DNA of 64,000 bases from Candidatus Bathyarchaeota archaeon (GCA_963826715.1 CAWGYA010000002.1:288001-352000), one strand, 5' to 3'. Counted from the stretch's first letter, positions 30,529-41,771 are shown. The notes: generated by a model from the sequence alone, not told the origin. Numbers and translations are program-made.

Positions 30529-30786
30529 TTATGTAGAAGATTCCTTAACGATTGCTTTAGGCTTCAAAACTAGATTCAATTTTAGAGCAAACTCATATTC
30601 ACCGTGTTCCTTGCTTACTGACACGTTAAAACCTTCAACAGTTACGCTCATGGGTTCGCCTCTAGATATTTCTTGTATATTGCCGACTAAATCTCGAACT
30701 TTACCGATGATTTCGGTGATGTCCAAGTTGGCGGTTGAGGTTTTATTGTCTTCTGGCGCAGTTTTATTTACGTCGATTTCAGCCAT
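30529..30786 (-). CDS. Hypothetical protein
   Basis: 85-aa ATG ORF with GAAGGAG SD. Confidence 0.7.
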   Translation of the reverse strand: MAEIDVNKTAPEDNKTSTANLDITEIIGKVRDLVGNIQEISRGEPMSVTVEGFNVSVSKEHGEYEFALKLNLVLKPKAIVKESST

Positions 30787-30960
30787 TTTTAATCTCCTTC
30801 AAATAATCATTAAATGAGGGGCTTTAAAGGTATGTGACTGCAACACGACAAGCACAAGTAAACAAATTTAGGGACGACGGAATCTGTTTTGGACGGTTTT
30901 TAGGAGGGTTTGTAGAAATAGTCTTAAACTCGAGTCTGCGTATCTATCAGCGAAGTTTGT

Positions 30961-32148
30961 ATGCCGACGAATTTGCCGCCTGAAGCCATGGATAAATGGG
31001 AAGAAGTAGAGGCAGCCCACACTCCGAAAGAAAAAATGGACAAGATGATAGAGTTTCTAAAGTATGTCCCACAGCACAAAGGAACAATGAAACTCCGTGG
31101 CGAAATTAAACGCAAAATCGCGATCATCCGCGATGACATCGAAAACAAGAGGCGGAAGGGAACTGGAAAGAGTAGTGGTGGACCTAAACTTTTCATAGAG
31201 AAGGGAGCTTCGGCGCAGGTGGCTTTGGTTGGAATGACAAACGTTGGTAAAAGCTGCTTAATGTCCGCAACAACAAACTCGAAAGTTGTTGTTACTCCCA
31301 CACCCTTTAGCACTCATGAACCTGTTCCGGGTATCATGACCTATAAGGATGTTCAATTCCAGATTGTAGAGGCACCAGCCGTGATGGAAGGGGCGGCAGA
31401 AGGCAAAGCAGGCGGCAACGTGACGCTGGGGTTGGCGCGGAACGCTGACGGCATTATTTTAATGCTTGATTTAAGTCGTGATACCGTTATACAGTTGGAA
31501 TTGATTTTAACAGAGTTGGAAAAGAGTCGCGTTTTAGTGAGCAAACCAACTGGTGGACGCGTGGAAATTGAGAGGCGCCCCGCTGGTGCAAGACTTCGAG
31601 TGGTTGTTGTTGGGAGACTAATTGATTGCAGCATGCGCGAGGTTGAGGAGTTATTACGCACATACCGAATCAACGACGCAATTGTACACGTCAAAGGCGA
31701 AGTCACAATAGATGATGTTGAAGATGCAATATATGAAAACACCATCTACAAACCCGCAGTTGTGGTAGCTAACAAGTTAGATTTGCCGGGTGCATCAAAA
31801 AATCTGCAGCGATTAAAGCAGCACGTAAAAGACAAATTACCAATTGTTGCAATGTCCTGTGAACAGAAAATCGGTTTAGAGGAACTCGGCAACGCAGTCT
31901 TTGAATCACTTGGGATTATCCGCATTTACACAAAAGAACCCAGCGCAAAAGTACATAGCAAGCACCCCTTCGCATTGCGCAAAGGCGCCACCATGAATGA
32001 ACTAGCTAAAAATATCCATAAAGAGTTGTCGTCAAATTTCATGTTTGCTATGGTTTGGGCAAAGCGACTTCCCTTCAGTCCCAAAAAGGTTGGGGTAAAC
32101 TTTGTTTTAGATGATGGCGACATTGTTGAGATTCACACTAGAACCTAA
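30961..32148 (+). CDS. DRG/Obg-family GTPase with TGS domain
   Basis: MPTNLPPEA, PQHKGT, GMTNVGKS, NKLD and GDIVEIH motifs. Confidence 0.92.
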   Translation: MPTNLPPEAMDKWEEVEAAHTPKEKMDKMIEFLKYVPQHKGTMKLRGEIKRKIAIIRDDIENKRRKGTGKSSGGPKLFIEKGASAQVALVGMTNVGKSCLMSATTNSKVVVTPTPFSTHEPVPGIMTYKDVQFQIVEAPAVMEGAAEGKAGGNVTLGLARNADGIILMLDLSRDTVIQLELILTELEKSRVLVSKPTGGRVEIERRPAGARLRVVVVGRLIDCSMREVEELLRTYRINDAIVHVKGEVTIDDVEDAIYENTIYKPAVVVANKLDLPGASKNLQRLKQHVKDKLPIVAMSCEQKIGLEELGNAVFESLGIIRIYTKEPSAKVHSKHPFALRKGATMNELAKNIHKELSSNFMFAMVWAKRLPFSPKKVGVNFVLDDGDIVEIHTRT

Positions 32149-32206
32149 AACAGAAATAGATTTTTTAAAAAATAAAAAATAAAAATAATTAAAAGAAAAA
32201 AGTTGC

Positions 32207-32794
32207 TTATCTGCTGGATTGTGCAACACGTTCGATTTCGTTACGCTTGGCTATTGCAACACTCTTGATGTCTTTGCTAGCTGCTAAGATGAGTTCGTCT
32301 GCGAGAGTTTCTTGTATGCTTTTTGGGGTATTGATTGAGGATGCTTTTGCACCTGCAGTTATGTGACGTACCGCAAGATCTATTCTACGTTGTGGTGCAA
32401 CGTCAACTGAGAGGTGATAGACAACTCCACCGTAGCTAACACGTGTAGTATCTTCAGCTGGAGAACAGTTCTCTACTGCTTGAACAAGAATGTCAATAGG
32501 ATTTTTGCCAGTGCGCACATTAATAATTTCGAATGCTTCTTTGACAAAGTTAGTTGCTTTGGCTTTTTTGCCTGCGTTTTTACCGCCGCGCATAAGACCG
32601 TTGATTAGACGTTCAACGATGTTAACTTTGGCTTTGCGGAATCTTTGGTGTTCATGACGACCCATACTATGGGGTGCAACCATTGGAGTAAGGTTTAGGT
32701 ATCTTTGCAGTCCTATGTCTTTAACCGTAATATCTTTAAAACTCCATTTTTGGAAGAGCAGGATTTCTTGGGGTTGGGAAACTGTTTGTGACAT
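32207..32794 (-). CDS. rps7: 30S ribosomal protein uS7
   Basis: IVERLIN, SVDVAPQRRIDLA, ERVAQSSR. Confidence 0.97.
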   Translation of the reverse strand: MSQTVSQPQEILLFQKWSFKDITVKDIGLQRYLNLTPMVAPHSMGRHEHQRFRKAKVNIVERLINGLMRGGKNAGKKAKATNFVKEAFEIINVRTGKNPIDILVQAVENCSPAEDTTRVSYGGVVYHLSVDVAPQRRIDLAVRHITAGAKASSINTPKSIQETLADELILAASKDIKSVAIAKRNEIERVAQSSR

Positions 32795-32799
32795 AGTTT

Positions 32800-33240
32800 T
32801 TACCTTGCTGGTTTCTGTTTACGACCATACACAAGCTCGTTGAGTGATGTGCCGTTGATTTTGACTACTTTCCATCTTACACCGGGAATGTCGCCCATGG
32901 CGCCACCTCGGGTACCGCCGATTCCTTCCACCACGACCTCGTCGTGTTCATCGACAACGTTTAAAGCACCGTCGCCTGGGAGGAATGCGGTGATGGTTCT
33001 ACCGTTTTTGATCAATTGTGTGCGAACGCATTTACGAATGGCGCTGTTGGGCTGCTTGGATTCAATACCGACCTTCTCAAGCACAATGCCCCGCGCCTGC
33101 GGTGCACCTTGCATAGGGTCAACTTTCTCGTCAAGCATCAACATACGTCGATTGAAGTATCTATCGTGCCAACGGAAATTCTTCCGTTTCTTAGCCAGTT
33201 GCCTTGCGGCGAATTCGCCTCTTGGTGACTTGGAACCCAT
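32800..33240 (-). CDS. rps12: 30S ribosomal protein uS12
   Basis: [22 protein letters not shown]. Confidence 0.97.
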   Translation of the reverse strand: MGSKSPRGEFAARQLAKKRKNFRWHDRYFNRRMLMLDEKVDPMQGAPQARGIVLEKVGIESKQPNSAIRKCVRTQLIKNGRTITAFLPGDGALNVVDEHDEVVVEGIGGTRGGAMGDIPGVRWKVVKINGTSLNELVYGRKQKPAR

Positions 33241-33436
33241 ATCTAAGTTATTCCTTCTTTTTGCACATGCATAGTCATAACACTCATATTTAAAGGAAAC
33301 TAACCGAAATCACCATTACCCACAGATTTTGCTGTCTAGTCTGTAAAGGATTTATCAATGAAAATTTGGGATATTGCTGCGATGGCGATTAAGAAAAAGA
33401 CTTACCATATTACAAATTATCAGTTAAAGCGCCCTG

Positions 33437-33724
33437 CTATCGGTTTTTTTCTTTTTTAGCTTCTGCTTTAAGCGTATAGACAAAAGCAATAAACCAGAAT
33501 GCTACTGTACCCCAGCCGAAGATAAAGCCAACAACATTTCCAAGAAGATGATAGGCTAACTCAAACCCTACAATGGAGATAAAGGTAAGAAAAGAGCCAA
33601 TAACGCTAAAACCCCGCAAGTAATTTCGATTTCTTATAATTGCTCGCAACATCCAAAGAAGTGCCAAAAAATTTGTTATACTAGCCACGTCTAAAAGCAA
33701 ATTTGCGAAAGCTAAAGTATCCAC
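33437..33724 (-). CDS. Small 3-TM membrane protein
   Basis: 95 aa with three hydrophobic segments. Confidence 0.7.
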   Translation of the reverse strand: MDTLAFANLLLDVASITNFLALLWMLRAIIRNRNYLRGFSVIGSFLTFISIVGFELAYHLLGNVVGFIFGWGTVAFWFIAFVYTLKAEAKKEKNR

Positions 33725-34164
33725 GTATCATTCCCAATGCACCAAACAGGATGCACCCAAACTTAAGGGTACCGCAGAGGCGAGCTCTAAAGGAAAAATA
33801 ACCACGAACTCAAAGCAACCTCATTTTTGATGAGCGCTAAAAGAAAGTGAAAAAAGTGATTAATTATATTGCGTTTAATGCGGATGATAAAAGTCATGAA
33901 TTAAAAAATACCTAAAAGTTAGTTAGGCAAATTGCAGCCCAAATAAAATAGAAAAACGGGTGAACTATCAAACGTACTTCAAACATAAAAAAGCAAAAAC
34001 AAATTGGGTGTAAATATTCAACGCTATTATAAAATTTTTTTGTCGTTAGCTACAAACCAAATTGTCAAGATTTTCTATTAATCAACTTACAACCATAAAG
34101 GGAATTATGGTAAAATCATATATAGTTAATCAGACTATGAATTTCAAATTATCGGAGGGTTTAG

Positions 34165-34843
34165 GTGAATACTCGGCACATCACAGTTGTAATAGGTATA
34201 ATAGCAATCATAGTTCTTTCTAGCGGCTTTGCAGCTGCCAACATTAATCAAAACGATTTAATTGCACATGCAACATGGTCAAAAACCGACCTTGCCTCAG
34301 GGAAGCAGTGTAATTGTTACCATAACACTACAAAGCGAATCAGATCAACAAATTCAAGTATACTTCTTCGGAGTACACTTTGATTGGATGGCAGCAGATA
34401 CATTCGCAGGTCAAAATCTACAAAGTGCCCCCGTCACCATACCCAGCGGAGGCAGTTACCAATTTACCCCTTCAATAATCAATATTCCTCAAGGAACAAC
34501 CTCAGGCTCACACACCTACACTATAGGCATCGACGGAGAAGATAGCGATGGACAAGCCTTCTCATGGACCTCCACAGAGGCATCAATACAAGTAGTCGCC
34601 TCGTCAACAACCCCAACATCAGGCGGAAACAACAACCCAGGCGAACAGAACTCAGATTGGACAATTGGCATTGCAATCATAGCCGCAACCGCAGTCATAA
34701 TGATAGTAATAATCCTCATTGTATTGCGAAGGAAACGAAGCGCTCAAACAACAACCCAAACCACAGAGCCAGAAACAAACCAATCAGAACCGCAAAAACC
34801 TCAAGAAGAAAAATCCAAACCCGAACAGGAATTCGACATCTAA
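34165..34843 (+). pseudogene. Surface protein (signal peptide, Ig-like domain, TM) interrupted by one frameshift (or sequencing error)
   Basis: Removing one A from the A5 run at 34281-34285 fuses the signal-peptide ORF to the 34262-34843 frame (ATWSKPTLPQG). Confidence 0.7.
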
Positions 34844-34919
34844 ACTCTTTTTCCTACAGCTAAAGGTTGGCTGAATTACCAGAGGCTAAAAAACCTTATA
34901 GCCTATCTTTAATCATATC

Positions 34920-35594
34920 TTGCCAGCAGGCGTTGGCGTAACTATGCGTGGCATGGCATTCAAAACTGGGTTGATAGGAACGTTATTTCTATTATCAGCC
35001 TTTGCTTATGCACCAACGATAAAGTGTGATAATGCAATAGCCTTCAACACCGCTGATCAATTCACGATCCCAAATAGCGATGGATCAGTCAGGTTTGCCT
35101 TTAACGGAACTTACTCATCTGCGATATTGAACGGTATTTTTTGGCAGTTCAACGATTTAACCCTCAATGGAACGCAGAGACTAGGAAATCTCAAAATCTC
35201 AACTGAAAATTCTAACATAACAATCCTCTCCTACCGGACAGGCAGTCTACTTCTGCGAAGTGCCAGGTTGATGTATTCAGTAGAGGGTATTGGAAACCAA
35301 ACCATTAACTTCTGCATCAACAATACACAGCCAACCCATTCTAGCGAGTGGAGCGTTATCGTACCGGACAGCATTTTTCTTGCAGAAGGAGAAGGTTGGA
35401 ATCTTCTACCAGACGACTCTCTAATTATTAGTGGAATCGCGGGCAATGTGACAGTGGTCCATTATAGCTTCCAAGCGCCAAATGATTCCGACCAACCCTT
35501 TTATGTGCAGCATTCCGCAGGATTGGCTGCAGCGGCGATAGTGGCAGCTACATTCTCGGCGACGTTGGTTATTAAATACAGGATGAGAAAGTAA
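34920..35594 (+). CDS. Secreted/membrane-anchored protein, translationally coupled to a 4Fe-4S membrane protein
   Basis: Signal peptide, C-terminal TM; TAATG overlap with the next gene. Confidence 0.8.
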   Translation: MPAGVGVTMRGMAFKTGLIGTLFLLSAFAYAPTIKCDNAIAFNTADQFTIPNSDGSVRFAFNGTYSSAILNGIFWQFNDLTLNGTQRLGNLKISTENSNITILSYRTGSLLLRSARLMYSVEGIGNQTINFCINNTQPTHSSEWSVIVPDSIFLAEGEGWNLLPDDSLIISGIAGNVTVVHYSFQAPNDSDQPFYVQHSAGLAAAAIVAATFSATLVIKYRMRK

Positions 35595-36802
35595 TGCCTA
35601 CAGAGAATTCACCCTTCATTGTGTTGCCCCTATATGCTTTGATAGTTGCAGTCGGCATAATTCTCATTCTTAAATTCTCCAAAGATAAAACCCGAAAAAT
35701 CAGCACACTCCGCCTCTTCATTCAAACCGTTGCACTCGTCGCTGTTTTCATGGGATTAATTTTAGGGCCCTTCAACGTGCCCATTTTTGAGCCATTGGGG
35801 GCTGCTCCGCGAGATCGCCTAATCGGAGCCGATTTTTTAGGCAATCAGATGCCAGACGGACTGCCTTTGCCGATTCTGGCATGCTACTACCCTAACGGAC
35901 GGACAGTCACTTGCCCAATCTGGCAACTTCAAGCCTACATTTTCCCTTTTTGGAATTATCCAAGGGGCTATGAGGTTTTCTACTCAACCCTTGGAATTGA
36001 AAAAATCGCAATTGTACTAGGGTTAGTTGCAACTGCTGCAGTGATTCTCGGGAGGTCGTTCTGTGGGTGGCTTTGCCCATTCGGATTATATCAAGACATC
36101 CTAACGCGAATACGAAAAGCAACTCGACGCCGCCACCTGAGCTTCTCAGAAAAGACCAGCTCCAAACTGAGCCAATCACGCTACATAATAATTGCTGTAT
36201 TCCTAATCCTAAGCGTCATCTTCGGCTCCTATGCAATCTTCGGCACCCAGCTTATTCCCGGGACAATACCTGGAGGACCTGAGGGAACCGAAGCTGGAAT
36301 CGTAGGCAACATCAACGAACCCTTCTGCCTTGTCTGCCCTGCAAGACCTCTCTGCGTACTGGCTGAATGCGCAATTGGAGCTATGAAATACAGCTATGTC
36401 TCGCAGATAACCTATGGCCCTCTTTGGATAAGTGGTGGATACATAAGCTCCATAAATATAGCAGTCTTAATCGCCGTCTCTATCCTAGCCTTTGCATACA
36501 GACGGTTTTGGTGCCGCATCTGCCCCCTTGGAGCGTTAACCGCTCTTTTTAGCACTTTTACACCGTTTAAACAGATTGCATTAACAAAGCTGGAGAAAAA
36601 CGAGGAGAAATGCACTAAATGCGGCGTCTGCAAAAGAGTCTGTCCAACCCAAGCCACAGCTATGTATGAAAAGAAAGGGGGAGACGTTACCGAGTCGAGA
36701 TGTATGCTATGCGCTAGATGTGTGGAAATTTGCCCCTATGAAGATGCCTTAAAATTGAAGTTTGCCGGGAAAACAATAATGCGATCAAGAAACTGGGCTT
36801 GA
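35594..36802 (+). CDS. NapH/MauN-like 4Fe-4S polytopic membrane protein
   Basis: GRSFCGWLCPFG, RRFWCRICPLG and two CxxCxxCxxxCP ferredoxin motifs. Confidence 0.88.
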   Translation: MPTENSPFIVLPLYALIVAVGIILILKFSKDKTRKISTLRLFIQTVALVAVFMGLILGPFNVPIFEPLGAAPRDRLIGADFLGNQMPDGLPLPILACYYPNGRTVTCPIWQLQAYIFPFWNYPRGYEVFYSTLGIEKIAIVLGLVATAAVILGRSFCGWLCPFGLYQDILTRIRKATRRRHLSFSEKTSSKLSQSRYIIIAVFLILSVIFGSYAIFGTQLIPGTIPGGPEGTEAGIVGNINEPFCLVCPARPLCVLAECAIGAMKYSYVSQITYGPLWISGGYISSINIAVLIAVSILAFAYRRFWCRICPLGALTALFSTFTPFKQIALTKLEKNEEKCTKCGVCKRVCPTQATAMYEKKGGDVTESRCMLCARCVEICPYEDALKLKFAGKTIMRSRNWA

Positions 36803-36874
36803 GAACATAAAGACCCAGAATCAGAGTAAAGACTGCCGTAAAGGTTAATATTATTTTGTTGCCCATCTGAAGGC

Positions 36875-37366
36875 ATGTCATTTCATGTTAGACGTAAAGA
36901 CCGAGAAATAACCGACCCAGACGAGATACGGAAGGTCCTTAAATCCACAAAATATGTTACAGTTGCCTTATGCATGAATGGCGAACCCTATCTTGTTTCT
37001 TTGAGCCACGGTTACGATCAACTCCGCAATTGCCTCTATTTTCACTGCGCCCCAGAAGGCAAAAAACTCGTGTATGCAGAAGCCAATAATCGAATCTGGG
37101 GACAAGCAGTACTTGACTACGGTATAACTGATGAGTGTGACTATGCCTATACTTCAGTACATTTTGGCGGTAAACTATACCTCATCGATGACTTGACAGA
37201 AAAGCAGCATGCCCTAGAAGTTCTTGTGTATCAGACTTCAAAAGCACCTGAAGAAAAAATATCCAAGGTCAAGACTGAAAAACTTGCCAAAACCACTATG
37301 GGGAGAATTGACATTACCTACCTATCAGGTAAGAAACATCAAGCGCCACCTAAGACACAGAACTGA
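36875..37366 (+). CDS. Pyridoxamine 5'-phosphate oxidase-like (NimA-type) flavin-binding protein
   Basis: RRKDREI, PYLVSL, LYFHCAPEGKK, YTSV motifs. Confidence 0.85.
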   Translation: MSFHVRRKDREITDPDEIRKVLKSTKYVTVALCMNGEPYLVSLSHGYDQLRNCLYFHCAPEGKKLVYAEANNRIWGQAVLDYGITDECDYAYTSVHFGGKLYLIDDLTEKQHALEVLVYQTSKAPEEKISKVKTEKLAKTTMGRIDITYLSGKKHQAPPKTQN

Positions 37367-37477
37367 GAAAAAAGAATTTTATGGTTCTAACGGAATTCAT
37401 TTTTCGCCAAACAAAAATGTGACCACAACGAGTATAATCGCCAGAGGTATCTAACATCTATTAACAAATCTGATTCG

Positions 37478-39325
37478 TCAACCAGACATTTCCGCTAACT
37501 CCACCCGATAAACATACAAGCCATTGTCGGAATATACGTGCGTCAACCAGCTCACGTCATTTAAATAAGCTACACACTCTGGGTAATTACGCAATTCATC
37601 ATTTCCGACATACACATAACTCACATTAAATTCGCGGACAACTTCTGATAGTTGGCTCACGTTCCCATTATAAGCATCATCAATGGCATGCTCGCGCCTA
37701 TTTACTTCATTGAGAGGTTCACCATGCCCATAGGGCCAATACACATACGATGAAACACGAAGGCGCCCCGCAATCATCGATGGCGGGCACTGAATACTAT
37801 AATAGGTTAGAAAAACCGAATTCTGAGGGGTGTTATCCTTTATCCATGTGCCAACTTGGTATTCACTCCAACTAACGCCTGTGTAGTCTGTCCCAACATT
37901 GTAAATGATTACACTTGCCGAAGTTATAACCGAGAGCAAAACGAGTGATATAACAAAGATCTTTCCTCTTTTCGACAAAATTATCCCACTTAACACGGTA
38001 ATTGGCACCCAGGCGAAGATGAAGAATTTGTACATGTCCCAGTTCCAAGGCGTCAAGAGAAGAATATTGGGAATGAAGAAGAGAAACAGAAAAGTGACTT
38101 TAAGGTTTTCATGACCTGGCTTAACAAAGGAAATTATTGCTAAAATGAAAGGGATACCTAGATTGAGGAAGTAGTAAATCCAGGGGTTCACAGCGAAGTC
38201 AATTACAAACTCGGAGCTAACACTGATGGAGAAGGATGGTCCACCTGAAAAGATAAATGGCAAGGCGAAAATACTTGGCACCAGAAAATATAGAAAGCCC
38301 CAGTTAATTTTACGCGCACTAAAAATTAAGACAACCGCGAAAGCGACATAACAGCAGAAGAACGCTACGTTATGAAACTGAAAAACCAGTCCAGTGAGGA
38401 TGCCAGCAAGTAGAAGACGGTTTTTGTCACCAGAGTCACGTAGCAACGCCAAAACCAACGCGAACACAGGCAGCCCCATTAGAAGCGGACGCTGTTGTAG
38501 CAAATTATCGAATATTGAGGGTAGCCCAAACTGTTGTCCAAATTGGTAAATATAATTGGTAGTCGGCGTGAAGGTACCGTTAAGGAGCGCAGAGAATAGC
38601 CCAAAGTAACTCAAGCCCCAGCCGAAAACAGCTAAAACCGTTGCAACAACCGCAGCTCGTCTACCGTAGGGGCGCGCCAACGCATACATGGCGCCTGCAA
38701 ATACCAAAATAAACACGGCGTTAAGCACGGGAAGAAGCGTTGGTAAGTAGCCGTAGAGTTTCTCTATAAGGGCAGTATGGAAATCAACAAAGTAATGATA
38801 CGTCAGGGGGGTGCCGACATAGTTGGGGGTTTGAGGAGGAAAGTTGCCGTTGTTTATGCTTTCGATTATGTCAAAGTGGTAGGGAGTGTCCTGCCAGTTT
38901 GATCCAGTGATAACAATTCCGTATTGGTTGCCCCGCCAGACGCTGTAACAGAGCACGCTAAGCGATAACAAAAAAATAACTGTGAAGACGAGTAAGGTAG
39001 ATTTTTTAAGCTTAAGAATTTTGAGTAAACTTTGTGGCTGTAGCGGTTCACCTTTTTTGTAAACAACTAAGGCATACATTGCTGTTAACACAAAAAAACT
39101 CGCAACAATTAGAAGCCTAGAATATCCAAACTCTAAAGACAAAAAATATATGAGAAATACCGAAACCAACACGCTAAAAATTGGAACAAAAACCCAAGTT
39201 TCATGGGATTTTAAATTGAAGAAACGGTAGCCGATTAAGCCAGGAACAAGAAATGTGAAGATGAGCCCCATCGCCACTGCAATGTAGCCACCAATAAAAG
39301 TAGCTGTAGCTAAGATCAGAAGCAC
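37478..39325 (-). CDS. Polytopic membrane protein, GT-C-fold glycosyltransferase-like
   Basis: WQDTPYH..II, LTYHYFVD, WIKDNTP, YVYVGNDE; N-terminus may extend to 39392 through a frameshift. Confidence 0.75.
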   Translation of the reverse strand: MLLILATATFIGGYIAVAMGLIFTFLVPGLIGYRFFNLKSHETWVFVPIFSVLVSVFLIYFLSLEFGYSRLLIVASFFVLTAMYALVVYKKGEPLQPQSLLKILKLKKSTLLVFTVIFLLSLSVLCYSVWRGNQYGIVITGSNWQDTPYHFDIIESINNGNFPPQTPNYVGTPLTYHYFVDFHTALIEKLYGYLPTLLPVLNAVFILVFAGAMYALARPYGRRAAVVATVLAVFGWGLSYFGLFSALLNGTFTPTTNYIYQFGQQFGLPSIFDNLLQQRPLLMGLPVFALVLALLRDSGDKNRLLLAGILTGLVFQFHNVAFFCCYVAFAVVLIFSARKINWGFLYFLVPSIFALPFIFSGGPSFSISVSSEFVIDFAVNPWIYYFLNLGIPFILAIISFVKPGHENLKVTFLFLFFIPNILLLTPWNWDMYKFFIFAWVPITVLSGIILSKRGKIFVISLVLLSVITSASVIIYNVGTDYTGVSWSEYQVGTWIKDNTPQNSVFLTYYSIQCPPSMIAGRLRVSSYVYWPYGHGEPLNEVNRREHAIDDAYNGNVSQLSEVVREFNVSYVYVGNDELRNYPECVAYLNDVSWLTHVYSDNGLYVYRVELAEMSG

Positions 39326-39503
39326 TAATGATAGCCAATATTTTTGCAGAACACCGCAGGCTATTTTTGAAGCGATTTCTCTGTCCCCTCAAGCTACCTT
39401 CAGAATTAAGTGATTTTGGCGTATTAAGATTACTGCCGACGCGCGTTCTACAAGGTAAAATTGGAGTTTGCCCCTTTGGAGTTGATGATTAACCCAAAAT
39501 CCG

Positions 39504-39518
39504 AGAAAGCTTAATTAA
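39504..39518 (+). promoter_or_regulatory. BRE/TATA-like promoter of tRNA-Asp
   Basis: AGAAAGC-TTAATTAA about 36-50 nt upstream of the mature tRNA 5' end. Confidence 0.45.
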
Positions 39519-39553
39519 CCGAATTATCGTGTATTGATGCGGCGCATCAGTTT

Positions 39554-39631
39554 GCCCAGGTAGTATAGTTCGGTCCAGTATATGCGGCTGTCGCCCGCAG
39601 GACCCGGGTCCGAATCCCGGCCTGGGCGCCA
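39554..39631 (+). tRNA. tRNA-Asp(GTC), CCA encoded
   Basis: Acceptor GCCCAGG/CCTGGGC; anticodon arm TGCGG-CTGTCGC-CCGCA; T arm CCGGG-TCCGAAT-CCCGG. Confidence 0.93.
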
Positions 39632-40149
39632 CTTCTCATTAACTCATATTATTTCCGTAGTCCTTTGATTCTATTGACGACTTTTTTCAGAAGTAATATG
39701 AATTAAAAAAGTCTCCACCAGCTAGCCAAGTAGTTGACCCTAAACCAAAAACCGAAATACCACAAACTCAATCATTGATCAGAAAAACTCTGTTTTTAAA
39801 ATTAACATCATATCGCAAAAATGAGGTCAGCCTTGAGCCAGAAAATGGTAACCCCAATTCGCTTTCTCATATCATCAACAAACTCCTTATTCATCTAACG
39901 CCAAATCCTACTCACCGCAAGAGAAAAGAAACCCACCATATTTAGACCTAATAAGTACATATCGCTTATCAACTGTATTTTGGCTATTGCTATCTTCTAT
40001 CGTTTTTGCTTTTTAGAAGCTATTGAAAAATTGCTAGTTCCCACGCTTAGCTATAACCCGAACACGAGAATCAAGTTGCCACAATTTTCAATTAATGGGC
40101 AGAAGGTGTCGGAGGAAAAGACACTGCGTTAGTGAGGTTTGTAATCAAT

Positions 40150-41391
40150 TTATCCAAAAAGGGGTGTATAATCAGCTATGTATCCCAAGACGCCTGCAAC
40201 ATAGGAGAGTACCCATAAAATAACCGTTAACTTAACAATCCGTCTGCTTTTAGCTGGAAACGTTTGCGAGTTGGAGCGCCAAATAGCCACTAATAATACT
40301 CCAAATGCTATTGCCGGAATAGAGAGAACGCTGTGTGCAACAATTTCTGCCACCTTCAACGGAGAGGTGAAGTATGAGGTCATTGAGCCACCACTAGGCG
40401 GAGACATAAGCAAAACCAAAGAGAACCCCACAACAGTTGCGATGACAACTACAGCCATCACTACACCGTGTAGAAAGTAATTACGTGCTTTCCTAAAACC
40501 CATGCTTGCTACAATTAACCCCATCCAGTAAGACTGAATAATCAAGTTAATTTGGGCATCGCTGAGCCCGATTTCATTCCAGAAAAAGAATATTAGGGCT
40601 ACAAATGCCACACCCAACAGAAAAACCGTAAAAGCCCCGACTACTATCTTTTTCCCGAGTATAGGGTAACGTAATGTTAGCTTCCTTATTGCTTCCTTTT
40701 TATAAATCACTACTGCTGAAGTCAGTATCACCCCAGCCGTCACTACGCCTGACATAACCAAGGCAAATATAGCTTGGTTACCCATAATTTGGGGAATCCA
40801 TATGTTGGTGGCGACTGCTTCGGTTGTAACAGTTAAGTCTTCATTGTAACTGCCATCCTTGTTTGTAACGTTTTGGATGACCTCTGAGGAGCCGATAAAG
40901 AAGCCCGTGGTTTTGTCCCATTCTTTGATGTGTCTTATCGAGTCGTTTCCATATGTTACAGTTCTAGTTGCGCCCAGAACAATTTTTTGTTCCTCCCGTT
41001 GTATGGTTATATTGGCGGGTGTATTGTTGTGAATTGAGAAATCATAGAACATTTCGCCAGGGCTGAGATTGGCTGGAATAATTGTCCATCCACCGACGTT
41101 ACCTTCTGTGAAGTTGTATTTCCATACGGCGCTTCCCACAGTTCCGTTGGCGTATCTAGCGGTGAGGTTCACCGAGAACGCATCTCCATCAACTTTCAAA
41201 ACTTCCATCCGCATCCATCTCACGTCATGTGTCGGCGGAGCAGTACCGATGCCCTCTATAGTGATGTTGTATTCGACCCAATCGCCTTCTTTGACTCCCA
41301 CATGGAGTTCGTTAGAAGCAAATACAGGCGAAACAATCAAAGAAATGGATACAATTAAGATTGCCAAGACTAAGACTGCGTAAGCTTTCAT
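40150..41391 (-). CDS. Membrane protein with extracellular N-domain and several C-terminal TM helices
   Basis: Signal peptide, VGVKEGDWVEY, WDKTTGFF; hydrophobic C-terminal half. Confidence 0.8.
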   Translation of the reverse strand: MKAYAVLVLAILIVSISLIVSPVFASNELHVGVKEGDWVEYNITIEGIGTAPPTHDVRWMRMEVLKVDGDAFSVNLTARYANGTVGSAVWKYNFTEGNVGGWTIIPANLSPGEMFYDFSIHNNTPANITIQREEQKIVLGATRTVTYGNDSIRHIKEWDKTTGFFIGSSEVIQNVTNKDGSYNEDLTVTTEAVATNIWIPQIMGNQAIFALVMSGVVTAGVILTSAVVIYKKEAIRKLTLRYPILGKKIVVGAFTVFLLGVAFVALIFFFWNEIGLSDAQINLIIQSYWMGLIVASMGFRKARNYFLHGVVMAVVVIATVVGFSLVLLMSPPSGGSMTSYFTSPLKVAEIVAHSVLSIPAIAFGVLLVAIWRSNSQTFPAKSRRIVKLTVILWVLSYVAGVLGYIADYTPLFG

Positions 41392-41771
41392 TTTTCATCG
41401 AAGAAACTCTAGCAGCTTTAGCCTTAAAGTTCTTTTTATCAAGAAACCTTTACTAAGCTTAGTCAACAAATCTTGACAAATATTCTTTTATCTAAAACTA
41501 TTTCAACTTTAACTATGAGAAATTGAAGCCATAATAATTCTGGCCTAATAGTTGTTCTGACAACAGTTCTTGTTCGAAGATACTAATCGTTAAAGTACAG
41601 CCAATTCGTTTCGGATTATTTCAATCGGTTTATATTGAAAAGGTACCGTTTATTCGGTTTCTTACTTTTGCAACATTCTTTATTGCAAAAGTATGGTAAA
41701 ACACATACCTAACACTTTTAAATAAACAAGTGCAGAAAAGATATGAACACATATATCTATCTATTTTAGAA

